Source of the DNA: Myxococcales bacterium
GTDB taxonomy: Bacteria > Myxococcota_A > UBA9042 > JABWCM01 > BTVJ01
Reading direction: 5' to 3'
Length of the DNA stretch: 64,000 nt
Assembly (NCBI GenBank): GCA_045863395.1
Contig: BTVJ01000025.1
Location: forward strand, 31,448 to 95,447
Both the position numbers and the translations under genes were made by a program. The notes beneath the pieces are model-generated. The model was not told the origin of the DNA and made no database searches. It saw only the letters and a program-made list of their open reading frames with translations. Within the stretch, counting starts at the first letter, position 1. Every line of letters starts with the position of its first letter. This document shows, in pieces, positions 49,844 through 58,367 of this stretch.

Positions 49844-50617
49844 ATGCGCCTCGCCCTCGGTGCGGCGATCCTGCTCGCAGCCGTCCCGGCCCGCGGCGGC
49901 TGGACCTCACCGGACCGCGTGATCACCAACACCGCGTACACCCTCGAGGAGAGCGAGCTGATCATCGGCATCCTCTCGCCGCTCCAGTACGGGGTCACGG
50001 AGGACGTCACCATCGCGCTCCACCCCATCCTGGCGCTGCTGCTGACCCCCAACGTGTCTGCGCGGGTCCGCCTGTGGCAGGAGGAGGTGACGGTCAGCGT
50101 CGCAGCCAGCTACTCCCAGACCTTCCTGCGCAGGGTGGGCTTCGAAGAACACGCTGCGGGCGACTCGGCGACCCCGTACGTTCGCCCCGGTGACACGGAG
50201 AGCATCGAGTCCGGCTTCCCGGGGAGCGTCCAGATGGGGGTCCTGGTGTCGGTAGGCGTGGGAGCGGAGACGACCTTCACTCCCTACGCGGGCTACACCG
50301 TCGACTTCTTCACCCAGGTCGACGACGGCCTCGTCACCCACCTGTCCACGCACGGTCCAGTCGCGGGCCTGGGCTTCAACTGGCTCATCGGCGAGGAGGA
50401 CCTGCTGACCGTGCAGGTCCAGGCGCTGTGGTCGGTGCCGGATGAGCGGCCGGAGGTGCCCACCGGGACCGTTGCCTGGGTCCATGCCTGGGACGAGCTG
50501 CGCCTGGGGATCGGGGTCGCGGCGGGGCGGTTCCCCCTGCGGATCGGGGAGGGCGTGGCGGGAGAGGTCGTCGAGATCCCGATCTACCCCTACCTCGACC
50601 TGTGGTGGCGGCGCTGA
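49844..50617 (+). CDS. Exported hypothetical protein, possibly an outer-membrane beta-barrel
   Basis: Signal peptide; NTAYTL..YGVTE; C-terminal PYLDLWWRR. Confidence 0.55.
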   Translation: MRLALGAAILLAAVPARGGWTSPDRVITNTAYTLEESELIIGILSPLQYGVTEDVTIALHPILALLLTPNVSARVRLWQEEVTVSVAASYSQTFLRRVGFEEHAAGDSATPYVRPGDTESIESGFPGSVQMGVLVSVGVGAETTFTPYAGYTVDFFTQVDDGLVTHLSTHGPVAGLGFNWLIGEEDLLTVQVQALWSVPDERPEVPTGTVAWVHAWDELRLGIGVAAGRFPLRIGEGVAGEVVEIPIYPYLDLWWRR

Positions 50618-50642
50618 CGGGAGTGGACGCGAGCGGACGAGA

Positions 50643-51572
50643 TCAGGGGGCCTCTCTGTCCAGCATCTCCCGGGCGAGGTCTCGAACCAGCGCGTGCGCG
50701 TGGCTCTCGGCCATCTCGCCGAGGTAGCGGCGCGCAAGCTCCGAGTCGAGGTCTCCGAGCGCGTGCACGGCGGCCCGCAGCACGTCCGGGTCGTTGCTGG
50801 ACGTCAGCCTCGCCAGCGGCCGCACGGCCCGCTCGTCGCGCAGCCGCCCGAGGGTGACGGCGACCGACTCCAGGAGCGCCGTGTCGTCGGACCCAAGCGC
50901 GTCAATCAATACGGGCACCGCCGCCGTCAGCCGACGTTCGCCGGCCTCCACCGCCGCCTGGGAGCGCTCGGCGGCTCCCCCTTCGCGCAGCAAGCGCAGC
51001 AGCTCGGCGTCCTCCACGTGGTGCACGAGGATTCGAGCCTCCAGCCGCTCCTTGGCGACGCGGGTCACATCGCCGAGCAGCCCCTCCACGGTGGCCCCGA
51101 CGGGCGCCCCCTTGCGCCACGCCGCCTCGCGCCGCTGCTCGTCCCGGTAGAGCTCGGCAGTGACTCCCCGCACGCGGCGCTCGGCCTCCGCCCGGACCGC
51201 CACGTAGAGGGTGCCCTCGTCGGCGGCCGGTCGCGGCTCGTCGCCGTCCAGGAGCTGCACGATGTACGCAGCCCTCACCTCGAAGCCGCCGTCAGCGCCG
51301 GCGCGGTCTGGCGCCCAGGGCAGCGCCCCCCGCTCCTTCCACGCGTCCCTGACCACGTCTTCGATGGCGGCGGAGAACGTCGCGGGCCGATCTGCGTTTG
51401 TAGACAACTCGGCCACCATCACCGCCGAGATGGCCAGCCGGTCGGGCGTGAGGCGCACCTCGGCCGCGGGCGCGACCACCGGCGGAGTGGGGGCTGGTGG
51501 CCGGACCGGCTCCTCGGAGCGGCAGGCGCCCAGCAGGATCAACGGCAGCCATCGAGCGGAGGACACAGTCAT
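50643..51572 (-). CDS. HEAT-repeat lipoprotein
   Basis: LLGAC lipobox; AVPVLIDAL..LGRLRDERAVRPL..AAVHALGDL repeats. Confidence 0.72.
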   Translation of the reverse strand: MTVSSARWLPLILLGACRSEEPVRPPAPTPPVVAPAAEVRLTPDRLAISAVMVAELSTNADRPATFSAAIEDVVRDAWKERGALPWAPDRAGADGGFEVRAAYIVQLLDGDEPRPAADEGTLYVAVRAEAERRVRGVTAELYRDEQRREAAWRKGAPVGATVEGLLGDVTRVAKERLEARILVHHVEDAELLRLLREGGAAERSQAAVEAGERRLTAAVPVLIDALGSDDTALLESVAVTLGRLRDERAVRPLARLTSSNDPDVLRAAVHALGDLDSELARRYLGEMAESHAHALVRDLAREMLDREAP

Positions 51573-51606
51573 GAGGACACCGAGTATAGCATGGCGGGAG
51601 GTCGTC

Positions 51607-51635
51607 TTGACCAACGGGCGAGGTCAGGGTAGGGT
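51607..51635 (+). promoter_or_regulatory. Putative sigma70 promoter
   Basis: TTGACC-N17-TAGGGT upstream of ATG 51697. Confidence 0.45.
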
Positions 51636-51696
51636 TGGTCGGATTCCGGTGTCGTTTTGCGTGCTTGACGGCACAGAGCAGGGAGGCGCGAGCCCG

Positions 51697-52722
51697 ATGA
51701 AGTGTTCCGTGAGATCCCTTGGACTGCTGGCGCTGGCGGCGACCCTGGCAGCAGCCCTCGGTGGGTGCGTGCAGCGGACCTGCGACGTGGACGGCAACGG
51801 CGAGTACGCCAAGGCGATGCGCGCGTCACCGAGCGTGCTGGTCAAGGACGAGGTCGGCGGCAAGTGCGACACGGTTGACTGGCGGTTCGTCTCCCACTTC
51901 GAGGACGCCAACGCCACGCTGGTCTTCCGGGTGGGAGACCCCTTCAAGGGGCACAAGGCCGAGGGGACCATAGCGCTCTACGACGTGGACGCGCAGCTCC
52001 TGGACCAGGCCGCCATCCGCCCGAATGAGAGCAAGTACGAGTTCCGGTTCCCCGTCAGGGCGCGCAAGCAGTACTTCGTCAAGGTCGAGTCGACCAGCGG
52101 CGTGGCCGAGTACACGCTGGAGACCAAGTTCGAGTCCACGGACCCATGCGCCAAGTGCAACCCAGAGCAGGACTGCATCCAGGGCAAGTGCGTCGCGAAG
52201 GTCAAGGCCGTGCAGAAGGCCTCCTGCGAGGGGGCCTGCCCCGACGGCTACACGTGCGACGTCGCGATCAGCAAGTGTGTGAAGATCCCCTGCGGCGGCC
52301 CCTGCCCAGGCAACCAGACCTGCGACGAGGACAAGGACAAGTGCGTCGGGTCCTGGACGCCCGAGTGCAAGAAGGACAAGGACTGCAAGGGCGAGAAGGT
52401 GTGCCTGAAGGGGCGCTGCAAGGTGAAGGAGCAGGTGAAGGTGGACACGGGACCGGATCCCGTGCCGGGTCCGATCGATGAGGGAGGACCGAAGACGGTC
52501 ACCGCAGTCATCACCCAGGTGATCCCCAGCGGCAACGGGCTGCTCCTGATCCTGAGCCGGGGGTCGGCTGCCGGCCTGAAGGTCGGCCAGTCGGGCTCCA
52601 TCGCAGGCGCTGGGGCGAGCTGCACCATCGTCGAGGTCAACCCGAACCGCTCCACGGCCAAGACCAACATCGACAAGACGAAGCTCGGCAACGCGAAGAA
52701 GGTCAACTTCACCATCAAGTGA
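51697..52722 (+). CDS. Cys-rich lipoprotein (beta-sandwich, Cys repeats, FlgT-C-like terminal domain)
   Basis: LGGC lipobox; CxxxCxxxxxC repeats; C-terminal ILSRGSAAGLKVGQ..IVEV..RSTAK. Confidence 0.65.
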   Translation: MKCSVRSLGLLALAATLAAALGGCVQRTCDVDGNGEYAKAMRASPSVLVKDEVGGKCDTVDWRFVSHFEDANATLVFRVGDPFKGHKAEGTIALYDVDAQLLDQAAIRPNESKYEFRFPVRARKQYFVKVESTSGVAEYTLETKFESTDPCAKCNPEQDCIQGKCVAKVKAVQKASCEGACPDGYTCDVAISKCVKIPCGGPCPGNQTCDEDKDKCVGSWTPECKKDKDCKGEKVCLKGRCKVKEQVKVDTGPDPVPGPIDEGGPKTVTAVITQVIPSGNGLLLILSRGSAAGLKVGQSGSIAGAGASCTIVEVNPNRSTAKTNIDKTKLGNAKKVNFTIK

Positions 52723-52734
52723 TCCCGGGGGGCC

Positions 52735-53193
52735 GTGCACATCGTCCTCGTCGAGCCTGAGATCCCCGGCAACACCGGCAGCATCGCTCGCGTCTGCGCG
52801 GGCACCGACACGACCCTGCACCTGGTCGGGCGCCTGGGGTTCTCCCTGGAGGACCGCTACCTGAAGCGGGCGGGCCTCGACTACTGGCCTTCGGTGAGGC
52901 TCCGGCTGCACGACTCCCTGGACGCGGTGCTCGCGGAGCACGCGGGCTCGGGATGGTGGTTCCTCAGCACGCACGCGACGCGCCTCTACACCGACGTCCG
53001 CTATGGGTCCGACGATCTCCTGGTCTTCGGGTGCGAGACCCGGGGGCTGCCCGAGAGCGTCCGAGAACGCTACGCGGACCGGCTCGTCCGCATCCCGGTC
53101 AACGCCAATATCCGGAGCCTCAACCTGGCGAACGCGGCGAGCATCGTCCTGTTCGAGGCGCTGCGACAGACCGGCTGGACCCCGGCGAGCTGA
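52735..53193 (+). CDS. trmL: tRNA (cytidine/uridine-2'-O)-methyltransferase
   Basis: HIVLVEPEIPGNTGSIAR, RAGLDYW, FGCETRGLP and RSLNLAN. Confidence 0.93.
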   Translation: MHIVLVEPEIPGNTGSIARVCAGTDTTLHLVGRLGFSLEDRYLKRAGLDYWPSVRLRLHDSLDAVLAEHAGSGWWFLSTHATRLYTDVRYGSDDLLVFGCETRGLPESVRERYADRLVRIPVNANIRSLNLANAASIVLFEALRQTGWTPAS

Positions 53194-53194
53194 C

Positions 53195-54406
53195 GTGACC
53201 ACCCCCGACCCCGCCGCCGTCGACTTCGCCCTCAAGCTGGCTCGGGCGCTCCACGTCCATGGGGCCCCGGCACACCGCCTGGAGGAGGCGATGACCCTCG
53301 TCACCGGGCAGCTCGGCATGGAGGGGCAGTTCTTCTCTACGCCGACGTCCCTCCTCGCGGGGTTCGGCCCCCTGGGCGAGCAGCGCACCTACCTGCTGCG
53401 GGTCGATCCCGGGGGCGTGGACCTGGAGAAGCAGGCGCTGCTCCACGACGTGGTGACCGAGTTCTCGGCGCGACGGATCGACCCCGACGAGGCATCGGCA
53501 CGCATCGACGCCATCGAGGCGGCAGAGCCGCGGTACGGCGCCATGACCGAGATCCTGTGCGCCGGGCTGGCCTCGGGCTGCGCCGCCGTGTTCTTCGGGG
53601 GCGGGGTCGCCGAGGTGTCCGTAGGCGCCGGCATCGGGCTCATGGTCGGGCTCATTCGGATCGTCGCGACGCGATGGCGGTCGCTGGGACCAATCCACGA
53701 GGGGGTCGGGGCGCTGCTGGCCGCTCTCCTTGCTGCGCTCGCCGACCACGTGGCCGGCCCCGTCTCGGTGCCCGTCAGCGTCCTCGCGGGCCTCGTGATG
53801 TTGCTGCCGGGGCTGACCCTGACGACGGCCATGACCGAGCTGGCGACCCGCAACCTGGCCTCGGGCACCGCGCGCCTCGCCTCCGCCACGGTGACGTTCC
53901 TGATGCTGGGCTTCGGCGTGGCGCTCGGTACACGCCTCGCGGAGCTGGTGGCGGGAGTCGGGGTCGCGCTGGAGCCGGACGCGCTGCCAAGCTGGGCCTC
54001 GCCCGTGGCCCTGGGGCTCGCGCCCTTGGTGTTCGCCGTGCTGTTCCGCGTGCTCCCGCGGGACATCCCCTGGGTGCTCTGCGGCGGATTCCTGGCGTTC
54101 TACACCGCACGAGGCGGGAGCGCGCTGTTGGGCGCAGAGCTGGGTCTCTTTCTGGCGACGCTCACGCTGGGCCTTGCCGCAAATGTGTGGTCTCGCGCCC
54201 TGGAGCGCCCCTCGGCCGTGGGGGTGGTCCCAGGGATGATCCTGCTGGTTCCAGGGAGCGTCGGCTACCGGAGCCTGACGTCGCTCATGCAGGATGACGT
54301 CGTCGGGGGCGTCCAGACCGCGTTCACCGTGTCCCAGATGGCGGTCGCGCTGGCGGCGGGGCTGCTCGTGGCCAACGCCCTGGTCGCGCCCCGCCGCGCC
54401 TTGTGA
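53195..54406 (+). CDS. ThrE-family threonine/serine exporter
   Basis: GAPAHRLEEAM, LLPGLTLTTAMTELATRNLASGTARL and PGMILLVPGSVGYR; about 10 TM helices. Confidence 0.88.
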   Translation: MTTPDPAAVDFALKLARALHVHGAPAHRLEEAMTLVTGQLGMEGQFFSTPTSLLAGFGPLGEQRTYLLRVDPGGVDLEKQALLHDVVTEFSARRIDPDEASARIDAIEAAEPRYGAMTEILCAGLASGCAAVFFGGGVAEVSVGAGIGLMVGLIRIVATRWRSLGPIHEGVGALLAALLAALADHVAGPVSVPVSVLAGLVMLLPGLTLTTAMTELATRNLASGTARLASATVTFLMLGFGVALGTRLAELVAGVGVALEPDALPSWASPVALGLAPLVFAVLFRVLPRDIPWVLCGGFLAFYTARGGSALLGAELGLFLATLTLGLAANVWSRALERPSAVGVVPGMILLVPGSVGYRSLTSLMQDDVVGGVQTAFTVSQMAVALAAGLLVANALVAPRRAL

Positions 54407-54488
54407 GAGCGCGCCCGGTTTGGGGGTGTGATCTCCCTTGACTCGGGCGGGCGCCCCCAGGAACATGGCGCGGGGTCAGGAGGGCCGG

Positions 54489-55856
54489 ATGCTCGAAGGG
54501 ATTCGCACCATACACCTCATCGGGATCGGGGGCATCGGCGTCAGCGCCGTGGCGCGCGTGCTGAACCAGCGGGGCTTCGCCGTTCGCGGGTCGGACGTCC
54601 GCGAGTCGTCCATCACGCTGGCGCTGCGCGAGGAGGGGGTGGACGTGCGCATCGGCCACGCAGCCTCCCACCTGGACGGCGTGGATCTCGTGGTCCGCTC
54701 CACGGCCATCCCGGCGACAAACCCGGAGCTGGTCGCCGCCGCCGAGCGGAGAGTGCGTGTCGTGCACCGCTCCGAGGTGCTCGGAGAGCTGCTGGTCGGC
54801 AGGGAGTCGGTAGGGGTGATCGGGACCCACGGCAAGGGAACGGTCAGCGCCATGATCGCGTGGGTGCTCGAGGCGGCCGGTCGCGCCCCGGGCTTCGTCA
54901 TCGGCGCCATCCCCCACAACTTCGGCGTCAACGCGCGAGACGGCAGCGGCCCGATCATCGCCGAGGTCGACGAGAGCGACGGGTCCCTGGTCAACGTGCA
55001 CCCTCGCTGGGCGGTCCTGAACAACCTGGAGCTCGACCACCTCAACTACTACCCGGACTGGGAGACCCTCTCGTCGACCGTGCGGCGCTTCTACCTGGAG
55101 AACCACGAGCTGCGAGCGTCCATCGTCAACGTGGACGACGAGGGGGTGCGCAGGCTGCTCCCGCTCCTCGATGGCGTCGAGCCCGTGACCGCTGGCCTGC
55201 GCCCTGAGGCGCGCTACCGCGGGACGGACGCCCGGACCGAGGGCATGGTCGGCCGCGTCGCCGTGTCCCTGGACGGGGCGCCGGTCGGGGAGCTCACCCT
55301 GCGCGTGCCTGGGCTCTACAATGTGCACAACGCGCTGACAGCAGCCGCCACCTGCCACGCCATGGGCGTGCCGTTCGAGGACGTGGAGCGCGGGCTGGCC
55401 AGCTTCGAGGGGCTGGAGAACCGGTTCACCCTCGTGTCGGCGGGGGGGGTACAGGTCGTCAAGGACTACATCTCCCATCCCACCGGCATCAAGCGGGTGC
55501 TGGAGGCGGCGCGGGAGATCGCGCAAGGGCGCATCACGGCGGTGTTCAAGCCCTACCGCTTCACGATGATCCACTATCTGCAGGACCAGTACCGGGAGTG
55601 CTTCCGGGAGGCGGATCGCCTGGTCATCACGGAGCTCTACACCGCAGGGGAGGTCCCCATCCCGGGCGTCGACGCCCCGTGGCTGTGCGACAAGGTGCGA
55701 GAGTCGGGAGCGGACGTGACGTTCGTGCCGGCCATGGAGGACATCGTCCCCTGGCTGCGGGCGCACGTCGGCTCGGGGGAGCAGGTGATCTTCTTTGGCG
55801 GCGATGACCTGTTCCGGCTCGCCGACGCGTATGTGGACCAGCTTCGCGCCCCCTGA
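54489..55856 (+). CDS. MurC-like Mur ligase with non-canonical substrate motifs
   Basis: HLIGIGGIGVSAVA, GTHGKGT, EVDESDGS, LDHL and GLYNVHNA. DYISHPT replaces DYAHHPT, and KPYRFTM replaces QPHRxxR. Confidence 0.85.
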   Translation: MLEGIRTIHLIGIGGIGVSAVARVLNQRGFAVRGSDVRESSITLALREEGVDVRIGHAASHLDGVDLVVRSTAIPATNPELVAAAERRVRVVHRSEVLGELLVGRESVGVIGTHGKGTVSAMIAWVLEAAGRAPGFVIGAIPHNFGVNARDGSGPIIAEVDESDGSLVNVHPRWAVLNNLELDHLNYYPDWETLSSTVRRFYLENHELRASIVNVDDEGVRRLLPLLDGVEPVTAGLRPEARYRGTDARTEGMVGRVAVSLDGAPVGELTLRVPGLYNVHNALTAAATCHAMGVPFEDVERGLASFEGLENRFTLVSAGGVQVVKDYISHPTGIKRVLEAAREIAQGRITAVFKPYRFTMIHYLQDQYRECFREADRLVITELYTAGEVPIPGVDAPWLCDKVRESGADVTFVPAMEDIVPWLRAHVGSGEQVIFFGGDDLFRLADAYVDQLRAP

Positions 55857-55880
55857 GCGTGGGCGAGCGGGAGGAGCACG

Positions 55881-56045
55881 ATGGATCCGTTGATGGTGGT
55901 GTGCCCCGAGTGTGGCGAGGACGTAGAGCTCCCCGAGGACGTCGAGGAGGGCGAGATCGTCGAGTGCGACAACTGTGGCGCCGAGCTGGACGTGACGAGC
56001 CTGGATCCGCCCGAGGTCATGCTGTTCGAGGAAGACGAGAAGTGA
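55881..56045 (+). CDS. LysW-like acidic zinc-ribbon protein, 54 aa, not in the ORF track
   Basis: GGAGGAG RBS then ATG. Translation MDPLMVVCPECGEDVELPEDVEEGEIVECDNCGAELDVTSLDPPEVMLFEEDEK*, with CPECG..GEIVECxxCGAEL.V..LDP as in LysW. The stop overlaps the next GTG. Confidence 0.85.
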   Translation: MDPLMVVCPECGEDVELPEDVEEGEIVECDNCGAELDVTSLDPPEVMLFEEDEK

Positions 56046-56905
56046 GCAGTCAACGCGAGGCGGTGTCCGCGATGCTCAGCGACCTCGTGGACCTGTGGCG
56101 GGCGCGTCATGGGACGCCCGTGGCGCGCTTCGACGTGACGGCCGATGGACGCCACGTGTCCGGTGCGGTGCTGACCCGCGCCCAGGCTGGGGAGATCGCG
56201 ATGCGGCTCCCCGACGACGTGTCGCTCAACCTCCAGATCCTCGAAGATCGGTCGGAGGTGCCCCCTCTCGGCTGGATGAGGCCCGTGGGGGCCCTGGCCC
56301 CGCTCTACCGAGGAGCGGATCTCGGGCGCTTGACCACCGAGGTCCTGGGGACCGACGGCGCGGTCCGGGCCCTGGAACGGGAGGGAGGCGCGGTCCTCGT
56401 CCAGGCAGATGACGACACCCTCGGGTGGGCGTTGGCCACCGACCTGACGGTGGCGGATGCAGGGAAGACGGAGGTCCTGGTCGACGGAGAGAGGATCCCT
56501 GCCCAAACCGACACCATCGTGCGGTTGTGGGACGCGGCGCGGCCGTTCGTGGAGGCTCGCACCCCGTACGTGCTCGGCGGGCGGTCAGATGGTCGGGCGG
56601 ACTGCTCGGGGCTCGTGTCGCTCGTGTTTCGCCGCGCCACCGGGGCCATCCTCCCGCGGCACTCCATGGATCAGCGTCGCCTCGGCGAGCGGGCCTCGCG
56701 GGCGGAGGCGCGCCCGGGGGACCTGATCTTCGCGCGGCTCGGTGACACGAACATCCCCCACGTGGGCTTGCTGCTCCCAGGGGACCGGGGGCTCGACATC
56801 GTCCACGCCTCCCAGCGCGCGGGTCACGCCGTGCGCCAGCCTGAGGCCGAGTTCCTGGAGGGCTATCGCTTCATGGCGGTGCGCCGGGTGCTTGGCGATG
56901 TCTGA
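56042..56905 (+). CDS. NlpC/P60 (C40) cysteine peptidase without a signal peptide
   Basis: PYVLGG..DCSGLV..LPRHS..PGDLIF..HVGL..IVHAS. GTG start in a GTGA overlap with the LysW-like stop; the ORF-track start at 55859 is probably over-extended. Confidence 0.88.
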   Translation: MSSQREAVSAMLSDLVDLWRARHGTPVARFDVTADGRHVSGAVLTRAQAGEIAMRLPDDVSLNLQILEDRSEVPPLGWMRPVGALAPLYRGADLGRLTTEVLGTDGAVRALEREGGAVLVQADDDTLGWALATDLTVADAGKTEVLVDGERIPAQTDTIVRLWDAARPFVEARTPYVLGGRSDGRADCSGLVSLVFRRATGAILPRHSMDQRRLGERASRAEARPGDLIFARLGDTNIPHVGLLLPGDRGLDIVHASQRAGHAVRQPEAEFLEGYRFMAVRRVLGDV

Positions 56906-58367
56906 GGCCCGTACGTTCGGGGAGTTCGCGGCCTCGCTCCGCGGAGCAAGGATCCACGTGGCGGGCCTTGCCGGCACGGAGTGCAGCGCCTTCCTGCGGG
57001 CCCTGTCTCGCCACGGCGTGACCGGCGCCATCGTCCACGATCTGTCTCCCGACCGGGAGGCTCTGGCGCGCACGTTCTCCACGACCCACGTCGCCCTCCC
57101 CCCCGACGAGCGGGAGGCGCTGCTCGTCCAGCTCTTGGCCGAGGTGGAGGACCTGCGGCTCGGCGACCGCTATCTGGAGGGCATCGAGGAGGCGGACGTC
57201 CTGTTCGTCAGCCAGGCGTGGGACCTCTACCCCCGGAATGCGCCCGTCGCCGCGTTCCTGGCCTCCTCGCCGGAGCGCGTCCTGACGTTGATGGACCTGA
57301 TGCTCCGGTTCCTGCCCTGCCCGGTCATCGGGGTCACGGGGACCAACGGCAAGACGACGACCGCGTCCATGCTCGTGGCCTTGCTGGAGGCAGCAGAGGT
57401 CGCGGTGGCCACGGGCGGGAATCACCGCTATCACGACCAGCTCCTACCCGGCATCGACGCGATCTCGAAGGACGCGGTGGCGGTGCTGGAGGTCTCGCAC
57501 AAGCACCTGGCCAGGCTGGCGCGAGGGCCGGCCGTCGCCGTGGTCACCAACGTGACGGGGGACCACCTGGACCAGCTCCCGCGGCACGAGTACGAGGCGC
57601 GAAAGGCGCGGCTGGTCGAAGTGCAGCACCCCGGGGACCTCTCCGTACTCTGCGCCGACGATCCGGTGTGCAGGAGGCTGGCCGCGCAGGCGCCTGGCCG
57701 CGTGGCGCTGTTCTCGGTTCACGGGGACCCTGCGCCGGAGGCCGACGCAGCCTGGTTGCGCGGCGCAAACCTGGTGGTGCGTGTCGGGGGCGACCAGGTG
57801 GTGGTCCCCCGCGCCGCAGTCCAGCAGCCGGGCCTTCACAGCGTGGCCAACGCGCTGGGGGCCATGCTGGCCGTGTCGCCCTGGGTCAGGGACGCCCGGA
57901 CACTGGGGCGGGGGCTGCGTGCGTTCCGCGGAGTGCGGCACCGGCTCGAGTACCTTCGGCGCATCGGCGGGATCCCGGTCTGGGATGACTCTGCCTCCAC
58001 ATCGCCGGCTGCCACCCTCGCAGCCGTGGAGGCGCTGGTCGAGGAGGGAGCGGCGCAGGTGGTCCTGGTCGCCGGCGGAGACGACAAGGGCAACGACTGG
58101 TCTGCGGTGGCGCGTGTTGGTGGGCGGGTCCGGGCGCTGGCGTTGCTCCCCGGGACGGCCGCGGATCGTCTGGCAGAGACCCTCCCCAACGTTCCGGCGA
58201 CGCGCCATGTGAATCTGAGGGAGGCCCTGGATGCGGCGCTCCTTGCGGCCCAGCCTGGTGACGCGCTGCTGGTGTCCCCCGCAGGAGCGGGCTTCTTCGC
58301 GCGCTTCGCCGAGGGGGACGGGGATGCCCCCGGTCTGCGCGCCATGATCCGGCGCTGGGGGCGCTGA
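56898..58367 (+). CDS. MurD-like Mur ligase, divergent
   Basis: IGVTGTNGKTTT, TNVTGDHLD, FRGVRHRLE, GGDDKG and LVSPAG. EVSHKHL and DDSASTS differ from the canonical ELSSFQL and NDSKATN. Confidence 0.82.
   Translation: MSEARTFGEFAASLRGARIHVAGLAGTECSAFLRALSRHGVTGAIVHDLSPDREALARTFSTTHVALPPDEREALLVQLLAEVEDLRLGDRYLEGIEEADVLFVSQAWDLYPRNAPVAAFLASSPERVLTLMDLMLRFLPCPVIGVTGTNGKTTTASMLVALLEAAEVAVATGGNHRYHDQLLPGIDAISKDAVAVLEVSHKHLARLARGPAVAVVTNVTGDHLDQLPRHEYEARKARLVEVQHPGDLSVLCADDPVCRRLAAQAPGRVALFSVHGDPAPEADAAWLRGANLVVRVGGDQVVVPRAAVQQPGLHSVANALGAMLAVSPWVRDARTLGRGLRAFRGVRHRLEYLRRIGGIPVWDDSASTSPAATLAAVEALVEEGAAQVVLVAGGDDKGNDWSAVARVGGRVRALALLPGTAADRLAETLPNVPATRHVNLREALDAALLAAQPGDALLVSPAGAGFFARFAEGDGDAPGLRAMIRRWGR

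Noticed and set aside
55859..56041. ORF-track N-terminal extension of the NlpC/P60 gene
   Set aside because: It is an Arg/Gly-rich off-frame read-through of the LysW-like gene, which has its own RBS. The GTG at 56042 is the better start.
55881..56045. Canonical lysW of a LysW-dependent Lys/Arg biosynthesis cluster
   Set aside because: It lacks EDWGE, and no lysX/argX, lysZ, lysY, lysJ or lysK is in the window.
54489..58367. Ordinary dcw murC/murD genes
   Set aside because: There are no other dcw genes nearby and several specificity motifs are altered, so I withheld gene symbols.
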